This document shows, piece after piece, positions 11,166 through 22,003 of a stretch of 64,000 bases of DNA. Made by a program: the position numbers and the translations under genes. The notes below the pieces were generated by a model. It ran no database searches, was not told the DNA's origin, and was given only the letters and a program-made list of their open reading frames with translations. The stretch's first letter is position 1. Each line of letters starts with the position of its first letter. The stretch comes from an uncultured Acidobacteriota bacterium. GTDB lineage: Bacteria; Acidobacteriota; Vicinamibacteria; Vicinamibacterales; CAVVIG01. The stretch covers positions 43,648 to 107,647 of the forward strand of contig CAWCDQ010000024.1 of the NCBI GenBank assembly GCA_963794305.1. Direction: 5' to 3'.

Positions 11166-12781
11166 ATGCGCGTTGTGAAATGGTCGGCCGCGGCCGCGGC
11201 CTTTGTCGTCACCGTGTCGTTGAACGCCGCGCCGGCGCCTCAAGCGCCAGCTGCGGCTCCCAATCCGCAGCTCGATCAGAACAAGCGGAACGTCGGCATG
11301 GAAGTCGACGCGATGGGCGAGAACATCCAGAAGATGAACGACCAGGTGTTCAGCTTCGCCGAGCTCGGCTTCCAGGAATACGAGACGACGAAGTACCTCA
11401 CCGGCATCCTCGAGCAGAACGGCTTCAAGATCGAGCGCGGCGTCGCCGGGATTCCGACGGCGTGGACGGCGCGCTGGGGCGCGGGCAAGCCGGTGATCGC
11501 CCTCGGCTCCGACGTCGACTGCATCCCGCAGGCGTCGCAGAAGCCCGGCGTCGCCTACCACGATCCGATCATCGAAGGCGCTCCCGGCCACGGGGAGGGG
11601 CACAACTCGGGCATGCCGCTGCAGATCGCCGCGGCGCTGGCGGTGAAGAAGGTGATGGAGCAGCAGCATCTCCAGGGCACGCTGATGCTCTGGCCCGGCA
11701 TCGCCGAAGAACTGGTCGGCACCAAGGCGTACTACGTGCGCGCCGGCATGTTCAAGGACGTCGACATTTCGATCTTCGCGCACGTCGCCGACAACCTCGG
11801 CGTCAGCTGGGGCGACGGCAACCAGAACGGTCTCGTTTCGGTCGAGTACAAGTTCAAGGGCGAGAGCGCGCACGCGGCGGCGGCGCCGTGGCGCGGGCGG
11901 TCGGCGCTCGACGCGGTGGAGCTGATGGACGTCGGCTGGAATTTCCGCCGCGAGCACCTGCGCATCCAGCAGCGCTCGCACTACGTCATCACCAACGGCG
12001 GCGATCAGCCGAACGTCGTGCCGCCCAACGCGTCGGTCTGGTACTACTTCCGCGAGACCAGCTACGAGGAAATCAAGAAGCTGTGGGACATCGGCGACAA
12101 GATGGCCAAGGCCGCGGCGATGATGACCGACACCGAAGTGACCAGCACCGTGCTCGGCTCCGCCTGGCCCGGCCACTTCAACAAGACGATCGCCGAGACG
12201 ATGTACGCCAACATCGAGAAGGTCGGGCTGCCGCAGTGGACCGAGGCGGACCAGGCGCTCGCGAAGTCGCTGCAGCACGAGCTGAAGGTGCCCGGAGGTC
12301 GGCATGGCGACGAAGCTCCAGCCGCTGCGCGGCCGCGAGGTGGTTCCCGACGATGAAAAACGCGGCGGCGGGTCCGACGACATCGGCGACATCTCGTGGA
12401 ACGTGCCGACCGTCACGCTGCGCTACCCGTCCAACATGGCGGCCGGGCCCGGGCACAACTGGGCGAACGCCATCTCGATGGCGGGCCCGATCGCGCACAA
12501 AGGCATCCAGGCCGGTGCGAAAGTCGTGGCGCTCACGGTCATCGACTTCCTGATGAAGCCGGAGCTGCACGACCCAGGCGTGGGACTACTTCAGGAACGT
12601 GCAGACCAAGACGACGAAGTACACGCCGCTGATCCGGCCCGAGGACAAGCCGGCGATCTGGCTGAACGAGCAGACGATGGCCAAATACAGGCCTGAAATG
12701 AAGAAGTACTACTACGATCCGACCAAGTACAAGAACTACATGGAGCAGCTCGGGATCAAATACCCGACGACTCGTCCTTAG
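11166..12781 (+). CDS. Secreted M20 amidohydrolase (AbgB-like), copy 2, frameshifted
   Basis: Same motifs as copy 1, with long near-identical DNA blocks. Confidence 0.88.
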
Positions 12782-12798
12782 GTTACAATCGAGGACAT

Positions 12799-14013
12799 AT
12801 GAGAAAGCTGATCTTCGTCTCGCTGCTCGCGGTGCCGGTCGCGGCGTTCGCCGCCGACGGCAAACCGGCGCCAACCTTCACCAAGGATGTCGCGCCGATC
12901 TTCAACAAGAGCTGTGTCGAATGTCACCGGCCGACGATGTTCGCGCCGATGTCGCTGACGACGTTCGACGATGCGCGTCCGTGGGCGCGCTCGATCAAGA
13001 CGCAAGTCGTGTCGCGCGCGATGCCGCCGTGGGGCGCCGATCCGGCGCACGGAACGTTCAAGAACGATCCGCGCCTGACCGAGAAGGAAATCGAGACCAT
13101 CGTCGCCTGGGTTGATGCCGGCTCGCCGAAGGGCGACGACAAGGATCTTCCGCCGACGCCGCAATTCGCCGAGGGCTGGACGATCGGAAAGCCCGACGCG
13201 GTTTTCACGATGGACGAGGAGTTCACGATCCCGGCCGAGGGGACGATCCCGTACAAGTACTTCCGGGCGCCGACGGGGCTGACCGAGGACAAGTGGATTC
13301 AGGCCATCGAGATCCATCCGGGCGCGCGGGCGCAGGTCCACCACGTGATCGCGTTCACGCAGCCGGCCGGCAGCGTGCCGAAGCCGGGCGGTGAGCTCGG
13401 GCCGACCAACATCGGCGGCGTGACGCCCAACAAGCCGGGACTCGTGTTCGAGCCGGGAGTCGCCCGCCTGCTGCGCGGCAACTCCGACATCGTCATGCAG
13501 ATTCACTACACGGCGAACGGCAAGGAGGGCAAGGATCGGACGACGGTCGGCGTCATCTACGCCAAGCAGCCGCCGACGAAGATGGCAGCCGGCGGGATGG
13601 CGATCAACCCGCGCTTCGTCATTCCGGCCAACGACGGCAACGCGGAAGTGCGCGCGACGTCGCTGATGAACCGCGACACGATCATCACGGGGTTCACGCC
13701 GCACATGCACGTGCGCGGCAAGGACATGACCTACATCGCGCACTATCCGGACGGGACCGACGAAACGCTGCTGTCGGTGCCGAAGTACGACTTCAACTGG
13801 CAGATCACCTATCTGCTGGCCGAGCCGAAGACGCTGCCGAAGGGCACGCGGGTCGAAGTGATCGCGCACTACGACAACTCGACCGCGAACAAGTTCAATC
13901 CGGACCCGACCAAGGACGTGCGGTGGGGCGATCAGACGTGGGAAGAAATGATGATCGGCTTCTACTCGACGATCGCGCCGGCGGCGGCAGCTCCGGCCAC
14001 GCCTCAGCCTTAG
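12799..14013 (+). CDS. Secreted protein: c-type cytochrome plus copper type II ascorbate-dependent monooxygenase-like domain
   Basis: CVECH heme motif; VHHV; PHMHVRG; YDFNWQ; EEMM. Confidence 0.8.
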   Translation: MRKLIFVSLLAVPVAAFAADGKPAPTFTKDVAPIFNKSCVECHRPTMFAPMSLTTFDDARPWARSIKTQVVSRAMPPWGADPAHGTFKNDPRLTEKEIETIVAWVDAGSPKGDDKDLPPTPQFAEGWTIGKPDAVFTMDEEFTIPAEGTIPYKYFRAPTGLTEDKWIQAIEIHPGARAQVHHVIAFTQPAGSVPKPGGELGPTNIGGVTPNKPGLVFEPGVARLLRGNSDIVMQIHYTANGKEGKDRTTVGVIYAKQPPTKMAAGGMAINPRFVIPANDGNAEVRATSLMNRDTIITGFTPHMHVRGKDMTYIAHYPDGTDETLLSVPKYDFNWQITYLLAEPKTLPKGTRVEVIAHYDNSTANKFNPDPTKDVRWGDQTWEEMMIGFYSTIAPAAAAPATPQP

Positions 14014-14019
14014 AACGCG

Positions 14020-14110
14020 TTAGAAGTGTAGAAGTAGAAGTTGAAGTGCAGTGGGCGGACACGCGGGTCCGACTTCTAACTTCGTTCCTTCTACTTCGTC
14101 AATTTCTACA
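14020..14110. repeat. AGAAGT/ACTTCT periodic hairpin with an embedded REP half
   Basis: tagaagtgtagaagtagaagttgaagt...acttctaacttc...ttctac; gggcggacacgcgggtccg at 14053-14071 matches the REP at 23799. Confidence 0.7.
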
Positions 14111-15262
14111 TCGTCGGCTGCCGGCTTGCAGCCGTCCACCAGCGCCTTCTTGATCGACGCAGGCTTCTCGATCGATCCGGAAGAACGCCTCGAGATATTC
14201 CTTCATCTCCCCGCGCACGGCTCGATCCAGATCGCGGCATACGAGTCCATCAGCGCGAGCATCTCGGTCGCGCTTCGCGCGAAACGCGGCGGCGGACGCG
14301 TCGAACTCGTCGGTGCTCCGGCACGGTCCGCGGTAGAGCCGATCGACCACGCTGCGCAGGCCGAGCCGCCGGTCGGGCGTCGCGTACGGCGCGTGGACCA
14401 GCCCTGAGAGATCGAAGTCGTACGGTACGCCGAGCAGCGTGCGATCCGGCTTCTGGACGACCCGGACGTTGTGGAGCGCCCAGATCGAAAAATCGGTGTT
14501 GCCGATCATGTACTCGAACAGCATCATGCGCGTGAGCGTCTGATCCTCGAGGTCCTTGAAGACCAGCCGCGGCAGCTCCACGACGCGGCCTTCGGCGCGG
14601 CGGGCGACGTCGTTCTCGTGCTCGATGAACAGCGCGTAGCGGGCGGCGCTCTTCTTCTTCGACTTCTCGTCGGTGTAGGTCGCGCGCGCCAGCCGCGCGC
14701 GGAACGACAGCGGCGTGACCAGGTTGAACAGCGGGTACTGCAGGTACTCGCGCAGCGTGATCTGCTCGTACTCCTTCGAGTCCTCGCACCCGGTTCCGAG
14801 CTTCAGCGTCGTCTGGCCGTCGAACGGCGTGCCGGCCATGCCGTCCTTGGGGAACTCCACGCGCAGCGGGACGACGCTGCAGTTGCGCGCCATGCGGCGG
14901 AAATGGCCGCGCGCGCTCAGCTTGACCGGGATGTCGCGCGGCGCGCCGTCGCCGGCAGCCACGGTGAGGGTCGCCGGATACCGCGTCGTGCTCTCGGGGT
15001 TGCGATCCTTGTTGATCGCGTTGAAATTGGCGGTCAGCGTGAACTCGATCGGATCGGCGCGCTGGAACAGCGGCCGTGCCTCCGCTTCGAGGCGCCGCGC
15101 CTTGAGGGCGTCCGCATCGGGCCACGGCTCCGCGAGCTTGAGCAGCGGGTTTTTCTTGCCGGCCGCTCCGGCAGGCACGGAGCTTTGCGCGCTGGAGAGC
15201 GGCGCGCCGGCGGCGAATGCAACCGCGATGGCCAGCGAAGAAGCGGCGAGGCGGATGCTCAT
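14106..15262 (-). CDS. Secreted hypothetical protein, CotH-kinase-like motifs, frameshifted C-terminus
   Basis: Signal peptide; LREY, MIGNTD..HN, PYDFD. Confidence 0.6.
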
Positions 15263-15281
15263 GCTGAGCTGGATTGTATAC

Positions 15282-15776
15282 TCACGAGCCTTCGTCGGCC
15301 GACGGTCCGTAGATCGCCGGGACCGGCACGCCGTTCAGACGAAGATAGACGCTCAACTGACCGCGGTGGTGGATGATGTGGTGCAGCACGAAGCTTCGAA
15401 ACGCGGCCACCCGCGGCACCGAGAATATCTGCTGTCCGCCGCGTTTGAGGGTCCACAGCGCGTTGTACTCACCGTCGATCCGGTCCATGCTTGCGCGAGT
15501 CCGCGCCCGTATCTCGTCGAACGACGCCAGAATCTCGGCGCGGGACGTCAGTTCGGCGCCGCCCGGCGGCGTCTCCGCCAGATCGAATGATGGATGTTCG
15601 AGGATGATCGCGCCCCAACTCGGGATGCGGCTCACGTGAGTGGCGAGCTCGCCCATCGACCTCGACCTGTCGTGCGGCCTCCACGACAGCGTGTCGTCGG
15701 GCACGCGCTCGAGGAGGCGGCGCGTGGTGCCCATCTCGTGATCGTAGTCCGCGAGGAGCGCGTCCTTGATCGCCAT
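15282..15776 (-). CDS. DinB family protein
   Basis: WRPHDRSRSMGELATH, HIIHHRGQLSVYLR. Confidence 0.92.
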   Translation of the reverse strand: MAIKDALLADYDHEMGTTRRLLERVPDDTLSWRPHDRSRSMGELATHVSRIPSWGAIILEHPSFDLAETPPGGAELTSRAEILASFDEIRARTRASMDRIDGEYNALWTLKRGGQQIFSVPRVAAFRSFVLHHIIHHRGQLSVYLRLNGVPVPAIYGPSADEGS

Positions 15777-15787
15777 GTCGAGAGTTT

Positions 15788-15941
15788 ACCGAAGACACGG
15801 AGCGACGTGAGCACACAGAGACAGGATCAGCCACAGAGCCACAGAGACACAGAGCAAGATGAGTTCTTGTTCGTTCTCTCTGTGTCTCGGTGTCTCCGTG
15901 GCTCGTGATGCTCTGTGTCCTCTGCGCGCTCTGTGTCTCTC
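15788..15941. repeat. Periodic CACAGAG(A)/CTCTGTG hairpin overlapping the acylase start
   Basis: gccacagagccacagagacacagag...ctctgtgtctcggtgtctccgtggc. Confidence 0.75.
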
Positions 15942-17872
15942 CAGCCTGCCGCCGCGCCGAAGCGCCGCTGCCGCCGCTCGTCGCACAGGTGTCGGGAACG
16001 ATGGCGGTCGACGGCCTGGTTGCGCCCGTGCGGATCGTCCGCGACACCTGGGGCGTGCCGCACATCTACGCGCAGAACGAAGCCGACCTGTTCTTCGCAC
16101 AGGGATTCGTGCAGGCGCAGGACCGCTTGTTCCAGATGGATCTCTGGCGGCGTTCCGCTCAGGGCCGATTGTCCGAGGTCCTCGGCCCGAATTTCATCGA
16201 GCGCGATGCGATGACGCGCCGCATGCAGTTCCGTGGTGACGTCTCCACCGACTGGGAGAGCTACGGATCCGGCACGCACACGATCGCCAGCGATTTCGTC
16301 CGCGGCGTGAACGCCTGGGTCGGCCTCGCGCGCGGCCGGCCGCCTGAAGAGTTTTCGCTCGCCGGCTGGAGACCGGAAGAATGGTCTGCCGACGATCTGT
16401 TGAATCGCACCGATGCGTTCACCGCCAGCGGCGACGCGCTCGACGAGGTCTTTCGCACGAGGCTGATCGCGGCGGTCGGGCTTGCGCGCGCACGCCAGCT
16501 CCTGCCAGGCGACCGCGGCTTCGATGGGGCAGGCGCCTCCGATCCTGCCGCGGTGCCGGATCTCGTCGCCGAGGCCATTCGTCGCGTAGGAACGCCGCCA
16601 TTCTTTCTCGGCCTGGCGGCGCCGATCATCGCCGGTACAGTCCGGCTGAAGCCGGACACTACCGATGCAGGGCCGCATCCAGGTATCGAATCCGGTAGTG
16701 TCCGGCTTCAGCCGGACCTCGAGCGACCACGAACACTCGACCATCCGTCCCTCCGGTACCTCGTCCACCTGAACGCGCCGGGCTGGAACGTGATCGGCGC
16801 GACGGCGCCGTGGCGTCCCGGAGTGGCCGTTGGTCACAACGAGCGCGTGGCGTGGACGGCGGAACCGTTCGACGCCGACACCCAGGACGTGTACGTCGAG
16901 AAGCTGAATCCCGCCAACTCGAGCCAGGTTGAGGACGACGGCCGTTGGGTGGACGTCGAGACGAGCAAGAGCAAGATCGCGGTCCGCGGACGCAAGACGC
17001 CAGTCGATTTCGAGCGCGATACGACGCGGCACGGCGTGGTGGTTGCGTTCGATCGCGAGGGTCACCTGGCCTACGCGCTTCGATGGTCGGGTGCGGAACC
17101 CGGCGCGGCCTCCGAGCTCGTCGCCCTGGCCCTGGACCGTGCCGCATCGTCCTCGGCATTTCTGGAGGCGCTCGCACGTTGGAAGCTGCCGGCACGGCGC
17201 ATGACCTACGTCGACGTCGACGGCGTGCGCGGAGCGGCGATCGCCGCCCTGGTTCCGCAGCGGCGCGGATGGAGCGGCGGACTGCCTGCGGCCGGCTGGT
17301 CTGGATCTCGTGAGTGGTCAGGGTGGGTGCCCGCGGTCTCGCTGCCCGGATCGTCCGAACGGTCGTCGAGTGACCTGACCGCGAAGGTGTTGCTCGAGTC
17401 GATGCGTCTTCATCCCGATCGGGCGGATGCGCTGCTGCAGAAGCTCGCGTCGAGCTCATCGTCTCGCGAGTCGCTGACGCTGCAGCGCGCGGCGATCGTG
17501 GCTGCGCTCGCAGACGCGTTGCGCGAGCGCGAAGTGCCCGTCGGCGTGTCCGTCCTGTTCGCGCACCCGCTCGCGGTGACCGATGCCGCGCGTCGGCGGT
17601 TCAATGTGATCGCACGCGCGCCCGCCAATGCCTCGAGCGATCCGTTCGCGATCGCATTCGATCCGGCCGACTGGGATCGATCGACGGCGATTGCGGCGCC
17701 GGGGCAGTCGGGTTCGCCCGACAGCGCGCACTTTGCCGATCTGGCGAAGCTCTGGTCGGAGGGCAAATCGATCCCGCTCGCATTTACCGAGGCCGCCGTG
17801 CAGTCGCACGCCGACGTGACGCTGATCCTGACACCGAAGGTAGGGACGGCCGCGCGTTGTTCTGCGCAGTAG
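15908..17872 (+). CDS. Penicillin acylase family (Ntn hydrolase) lipoprotein, apparently lacking the catalytic SNNW motif
   Basis: RDTWGVPHIYA, AQGFVQAQDRLFQMD, PSLRYLVHLNAPGWNVIG, PGQSGSPDSAHF. Confidence 0.85.
   Translation: MLCVLCALCVSPACRRAEAPLPPLVAQVSGTMAVDGLVAPVRIVRDTWGVPHIYAQNEADLFFAQGFVQAQDRLFQMDLWRRSAQGRLSEVLGPNFIERDAMTRRMQFRGDVSTDWESYGSGTHTIASDFVRGVNAWVGLARGRPPEEFSLAGWRPEEWSADDLLNRTDAFTASGDALDEVFRTRLIAAVGLARARQLLPGDRGFDGAGASDPAAVPDLVAEAIRRVGTPPFFLGLAAPIIAGTVRLKPDTTDAGPHPGIESGSVRLQPDLERPRTLDHPSLRYLVHLNAPGWNVIGATAPWRPGVAVGHNERVAWTAEPFDADTQDVYVEKLNPANSSQVEDDGRWVDVETSKSKIAVRGRKTPVDFERDTTRHGVVVAFDREGHLAYALRWSGAEPGAASELVALALDRAASSSAFLEALARWKLPARRMTYVDVDGVRGAAIAALVPQRRGWSGGLPAAGWSGSREWSGWVPAVSLPGSSERSSSDLTAKVLLESMRLHPDRADALLQKLASSSSSRESLTLQRAAIVAALADALREREVPVGVSVLFAHPLAVTDAARRRFNVIARAPANASSDPFAIAFDPADWDRSTAIAAPGQSGSPDSAHFADLAKLWSEGKSIPLAFTEAAVQSHADVTLILTPKVGTAARCSAQ
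16640..16717. repeat. GTAG-type REP doublet, in frame within the acylase
   Basis: gtccggctgaagccggacactac (16640-16662) is the exact reverse complement of gtagtgtccggcttcagccggac (16695-16717). Confidence 0.9.
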
Positions 17873-17920
17873 TGCGGCCTTCAGGCCTGCCGTACACGGC
17901 GGCCTGAAGGCCTGCACTAC
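17869..17920. repeat. GTAG-type REP doublet (REPIN-like); supplies the acylase stop codon
   Basis: gtagtgcggcct...aggcctgcactac; near-identical to 45569 and 63483. Confidence 0.9.
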
Positions 17921-17971
17921 CGGATGGACAGTGCCATAGAAGGCCGTCCCTTGTGCAGGATTCTCGTGTCA

Positions 17972-19202
17972 CTACCGAAAGAAACCGCGCGTCACGCTGG
18001 CGCGGCCGTCGTTCTTCGCCGGCGTGATCTGCAGGATCCGGCAGAGCAGATCGTAGATGTGGACGTTTTCGAACGGCGCGACGACGAGCCCTCGCCGGAG
18101 CGGCGGTCCGGCGGCGACGAACAGCGCGCCCATGTTCGGCGTTGTCGGTTCGTAGCCGTGAGCTCCGACGTGCAGCTCCTCTTCGCTCAGGCGCTGTCCG
18201 GTGGTCACGCTCCAGCCGTCGGCGGGAATCCCGATGATGGCGGGAATGCGCGCGTTGTCGCGGAAATGCAGGCGGGCCGGGAGATCCTCTCGCTTGTAGA
18301 TCGCGAGCATCGGATGCCTGCCGTGGAGACGACGGTACAGACCCTCGACGTCGCCGTCACGCGGGTTGATCGCCAGCGTGCTGCCCGATTCGAGAATCTC
18401 AATCGAGCTGATATCGATCATGGCATCGAGATAGACGACGCGATCGTACGAGGTCGGCGTCATGCCGTGATCGGAGACGATCACGATCGACGTTCGATCG
18501 TCGAGGCCGAGACGATGCACGCCCTCGACGAGCTGTCCGAGCGCAGCGTCGAGATGGGACGCCGCGTTCGCCAGTTCCGGAGACCCTGGCCCGAAGTCGT
18601 GACCGGCGGTATCGACCTCCTCGAAGTACAGGCTGACGAACGACGGCCGCTCCGGCGCCGGCAGAGCCAGCCATGCCAGCGCCTGCGTCGACGCGGTCGC
18701 GCGTCGCGAATTTCTTGTCGTAGGGCTTCCAATACGTCGGTCGCACGCCGCCGATTGCGGCCTCGGTGCCGGGCCAGAACATCGTGCCGGCGCGGCGTCC
18801 TTGCCGGATCGCGGTGACCCAGAGCGGCTCGCCGCCCCACCAGCGCGCGTCCTTCGCGGTCTCAGACGATTGCGTGAAGCGCTCCGGCATCGACGCATCG
18901 CGCATCGTGTTGGCGACGACGCCGTGGTGCTCGGGGTAGAGGCCGGTGACGATGGTGTAGTGGTTCGGGAAGGTGAGCACCGGAAACGACGGTATCAACC
19001 GGCTGGCTCGCACCCCGCCGGCCGCGAGCGCTTTCAGGTTCGGCGCCGGCAGGCGATCGATGTAGTCCCAGCGCCAGCCGTCGAACGAGATGAGGATGAG
19101 GATCGGCGGCTCGCCGGACGGCCGCTGCGCCGCGGCGGCGGCACAGGCCAGGACGAGCGCGACGGCGACTGCGACGCGCTGGAATCGCCACCGACGCGAC
19201 AT
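17972..19202 (-). CDS. Ectonucleotide pyrophosphatase/phosphodiesterase, frameshift near 18690
   Basis: ISFDGWRWDY, TFPNHYTIVTGLYPEHHG, SDHGM, GAHGY. Confidence 0.92.
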
Positions 19203-19204
19203 CT

Positions 19205-19618
19205 CTACATGATGTCGTTCGAATGGGCGATTGGCGAGGCAATCGTGACGGCGCTGACGGGGCTCGTAATGATGAACCCGCGCTCGGTGGCCAGTTCGAG
19301 CCGGAACCCGACGTGCACGCTCCGCAGTTTCAGGAAGCTGCCGCCGAGCGAGCAGCCGGCGAGGCGGGCCGGCGTGAAGACCGGGAAGAAGGCGCCACCA
19401 CGCACGAGCACCTCGGCCCGTTCAGGCGCGACCAGGATGATTTCGTACGTGCTGTTGGCGGTGTTGATCACGAGGCGCTCGAGCGCCAGCAGATCGTCGA
19501 CACGAACGCCGCCGCACCAATCGTGGGCGCTCCACGAGCTCAAGAGGCGGCGGGATGGTACGGCAGCCGGGAGGACAGCGGATCGACTGGGGTCGCGACT
19601 CACTGGACTTGATGGCAA
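19205..19618 (-). CDS. Hypothetical protein
   Basis: Co-oriented ORF tightly packed in the operon, beta-rich composition. Confidence 0.65.
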   Translation of the reverse strand: MPSSPVSRDPSRSAVLPAAVPSRRLLSSWSAHDWCGGVRVDDLLALERLVINTANSTYEIILVAPERAEVLVRGGAFFPVFTPARLAGCSLGGSFLKLRSVHVGFRLELATERGFIITSPVSAVTIASPIAHSNDIM

Positions 19619-20528
19619 TGATAACAGCCCAGCGCGCGGCGCGAGCGATTGTATTCGTAGGATTGCGTGAAATCGTACGACGGACGATGGAGGAGGCGAG
19701 ACATTCCAGGTACAACTACCTCACGCATATAGCCGGCTTTGGCCTGGTTGTCCGAGCCGGCCAGGTAGCCGTAGATGGCATTGCGCATCTGCGCGTCGAT
19801 GTTCGTCTTGTAGATTTCCCATCCGCGATCCCTGACGTCGGGCTGCGGAAGCGCCGCGACTGCGGGCATCCGCCATTGCCGAGCCGGGGCGTCCGCGCCG
19901 TGGCACGTTTCGCAGGTGACCCGATCGGCTCCGCCCTTGAGTCGGCCGAGCGTCACGCGCGCCCAGGGCATGACCTCGGCCTCCATGAAGTGGATGATGT
20001 CGGCCTGGCTGCGCTTCTCCCCGTTGGGCGCCAGCGCGTCGTCGGCCGCAAACGTGGCCGCGGCCGTCTTGCCGTGCAAGCCCACGGCGACGGCGACGAT
20101 GGCGATCAGCACGCCGATGAAGCCGGCCAGGGCGCCGCGCAGATCCAGCTGACGGCGTCCGCGGCTCCCAGGCGAGCGCGGCGCGAACCGCGTCGGCGTC
20201 GCGCGGCGCCCGAGGATCGCCGGCGAGCAGCTCCAGCAGCGCCGCGAGTTGCGCGCCGCGGCGGACGGACGCCAGCGTCAGCGGCGCGCCGCCCCGCCGC
20301 CGGATGAACGGCGATGGTCGAGGTGCCGAGCACCCGATCGGTTGGCGATTCCGTCCGGAGAATGTCGCCGACATCGTCGAGCGCGAGCTCAGACGTGATG
20401 GCGCGAGTGATGTGAAGGAGCCGGAAGTCGGTCAGCAGGTACTGCTCACCGGCGAGCAGGCGCGAGAGCCGCCACGGACGGCTGCTCCAGAGCAGCCGTT
20501 CCCACGGCAGGAGAACCTGTGGCGTCAC
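19600..20528 (-). CDS. Membrane protein: PH-like N-terminus, TM helix and diheme c-type cytochrome, frameshift near 20150
   Basis: ERLLWSSRP...YLLTDFRL; CETCH and C-terminal CYHCH. Confidence 0.65.
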
Positions 20529-20537
20529 GGACTCGTG

Positions 20538-21118
20538 TCAGGGCGTCGGCTTGCCGAAGTTGACCTTCGGGACCTGCTTCGCGTCGGCCGGCGCCTGGAA
20601 AAACGGATATTCCTTGAAGCCGAACATTTTTGCCGTCAGGTTCGACGGGAACTGTCCGCGCGACGTGTTGTACGCCTGCACCTTCTCGTTGTAGCGCATG
20701 CGCTCCACCGCGAGACGGTTCTCCGTGCCTGACAGCTCGTCCATCAGCCGGTTGAACTGCTCGTTCGATTTGAGCTGCGGGTAGTTTTCGACCACCGCCA
20801 GCAGGCGTCCGAGTGCGGAGGATCTGCTGGTTCGCCGCCGCAATCGTTTCGTCCGGGCGACTTGGCCGCGAGCAACCGCGAACGCGCGTCGGCGATGTCC
20901 TTGTAGACGGCCTCTTCGTGCTGCGCGAAGCCTTTGGTCGTCTCGACAAGGTTGGGGATCAGGTCGTTGCGCCGCTGGAGCTGGCTCTCGACCTGCGCCC
21001 ACTGCGCCTTGATGGCCTGTTCCTGGCTGACGAACGTGTTGTAGGAGCAGCCGGTCAACGGCGTCGTTGCCACGGCCAGCGCCACCATCTGCATCAGAGC
21101 TCTGCGCGTGATCGTCAT
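20538..21118 (-). CDS. lemA: LemA family lipoprotein, frameshifted
   Basis: GCSYN, WAQVESQLQRRNDLIPNLV, ENYPQLKS, GTENRLAVER. Confidence 0.93.
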
Positions 21119-21127
21119 AAAGTCATT

Positions 21128-22003
21128 CTACCAACTGGAGCCGCCGCCCCCGCCCCCGCTGCTGCCGCCTCCGAATCCGCCGAAGCCGCCGCCGAAGCCG
21201 CCACCGCCGCCGCCGCCGCCGCCGAACCCGCCGCCGAAACCGCCGCCAAACCCGCCGCCGAAGGGACCGATGCCGCTCGACCATCCGCCGCCGCCGAAAC
21301 GGCTGCGGCGGCCGCCGCCTCCGCCGAGCCGGCTGATGATCAGATATGACGATGAAAACGGCGATCGGGAGCCATCCCGGGATGGCGGAGCCTCGCTGCG
21401 CGAGCTCTGCCGGGGCACCCGCACGCCCTCGAGCGTGACCCCGCGGCCTTGCGCGATGCGGCCGATGATCCGTTCAGTGCCCGCGGCCAACCCCGCGCCG
21501 TATCGGCCCTGCTTGAAGTACGGGCTCATCACCTCGCGGCTGGTCTCGCCGGAGAAGCCGTCGGTGATCCATTCCTCGAGGTCGTAGCCGACCTCGACCC
21601 TGACTCGACGCTCCTTGAGCGCGAGCAGGATCAGCAGTCCGTTGTTCTTGCCCTTCTGCCCGATGCCACGGCCGTGGTTCTCGAACAGTTTGACGGCGTA
21701 TTCGTTGATGTCGCCGTACGGCTCGATGGTCGGCACCGTCGCAACCACCACGATGTCGCCGGTCGCCGCCTCAGCGTGCGGATCATCCGATCCATCGCGC
21801 TCGCGCTGTCGGCGTCGATCGACCTTCGCGAAGTCGTTGACCGGCGCGGTCAGTTCGGGAAGCGGATCCGCTGGGCTCGGGCTGGCGACGGCGCGAGACG
21901 CGAGTGCCAGCGATGGCGACCAGCGATCAGATGGCTGATGGCTGAGCTGACGCACGATCGATGCGCGACCATCGCGTCGACTGAGCGACCGCGAAGCTAT
22001 CAC
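21128..22003 (-). CDS. TPM domain protein (YgcG-like) with Gly-rich tail
   Basis: VNDFA, IGQKGKNNG, VRVEVGYDLE, GGFGGGSSGGGGGGSSW. Confidence 0.88.
   Translation of the reverse strand: MIASRSLSRRDGRASIVRQLSHQPSDRWSPSLALASRAVASPSPADPLPELTAPVNDFAKVDRRRQRERDGSDDPHAEAATGDIVVVATVPTIEPYGDINEYAVKLFENHGRGIGQKGKNNGLLILLALKERRVRVEVGYDLEEWITDGFSGETSREVMSPYFKQGRYGAGLAAGTERIIGRIAQGRGVTLEGVRVPRQSSRSEAPPSRDGSRSPFSSSYLIISRLGGGGGRRSRFGGGGWSSGIGPFGGGFGGGFGGGFGGGGGGGGGFGGGFGGFGGGSSGGGGGGSSW

Noticed and set aside
21130-21330. Pro-rich ORF (21108-21587 +) and GCC repeats
   Set aside because: Antisense shadow of the normal Gly-rich tail of the TPM protein.
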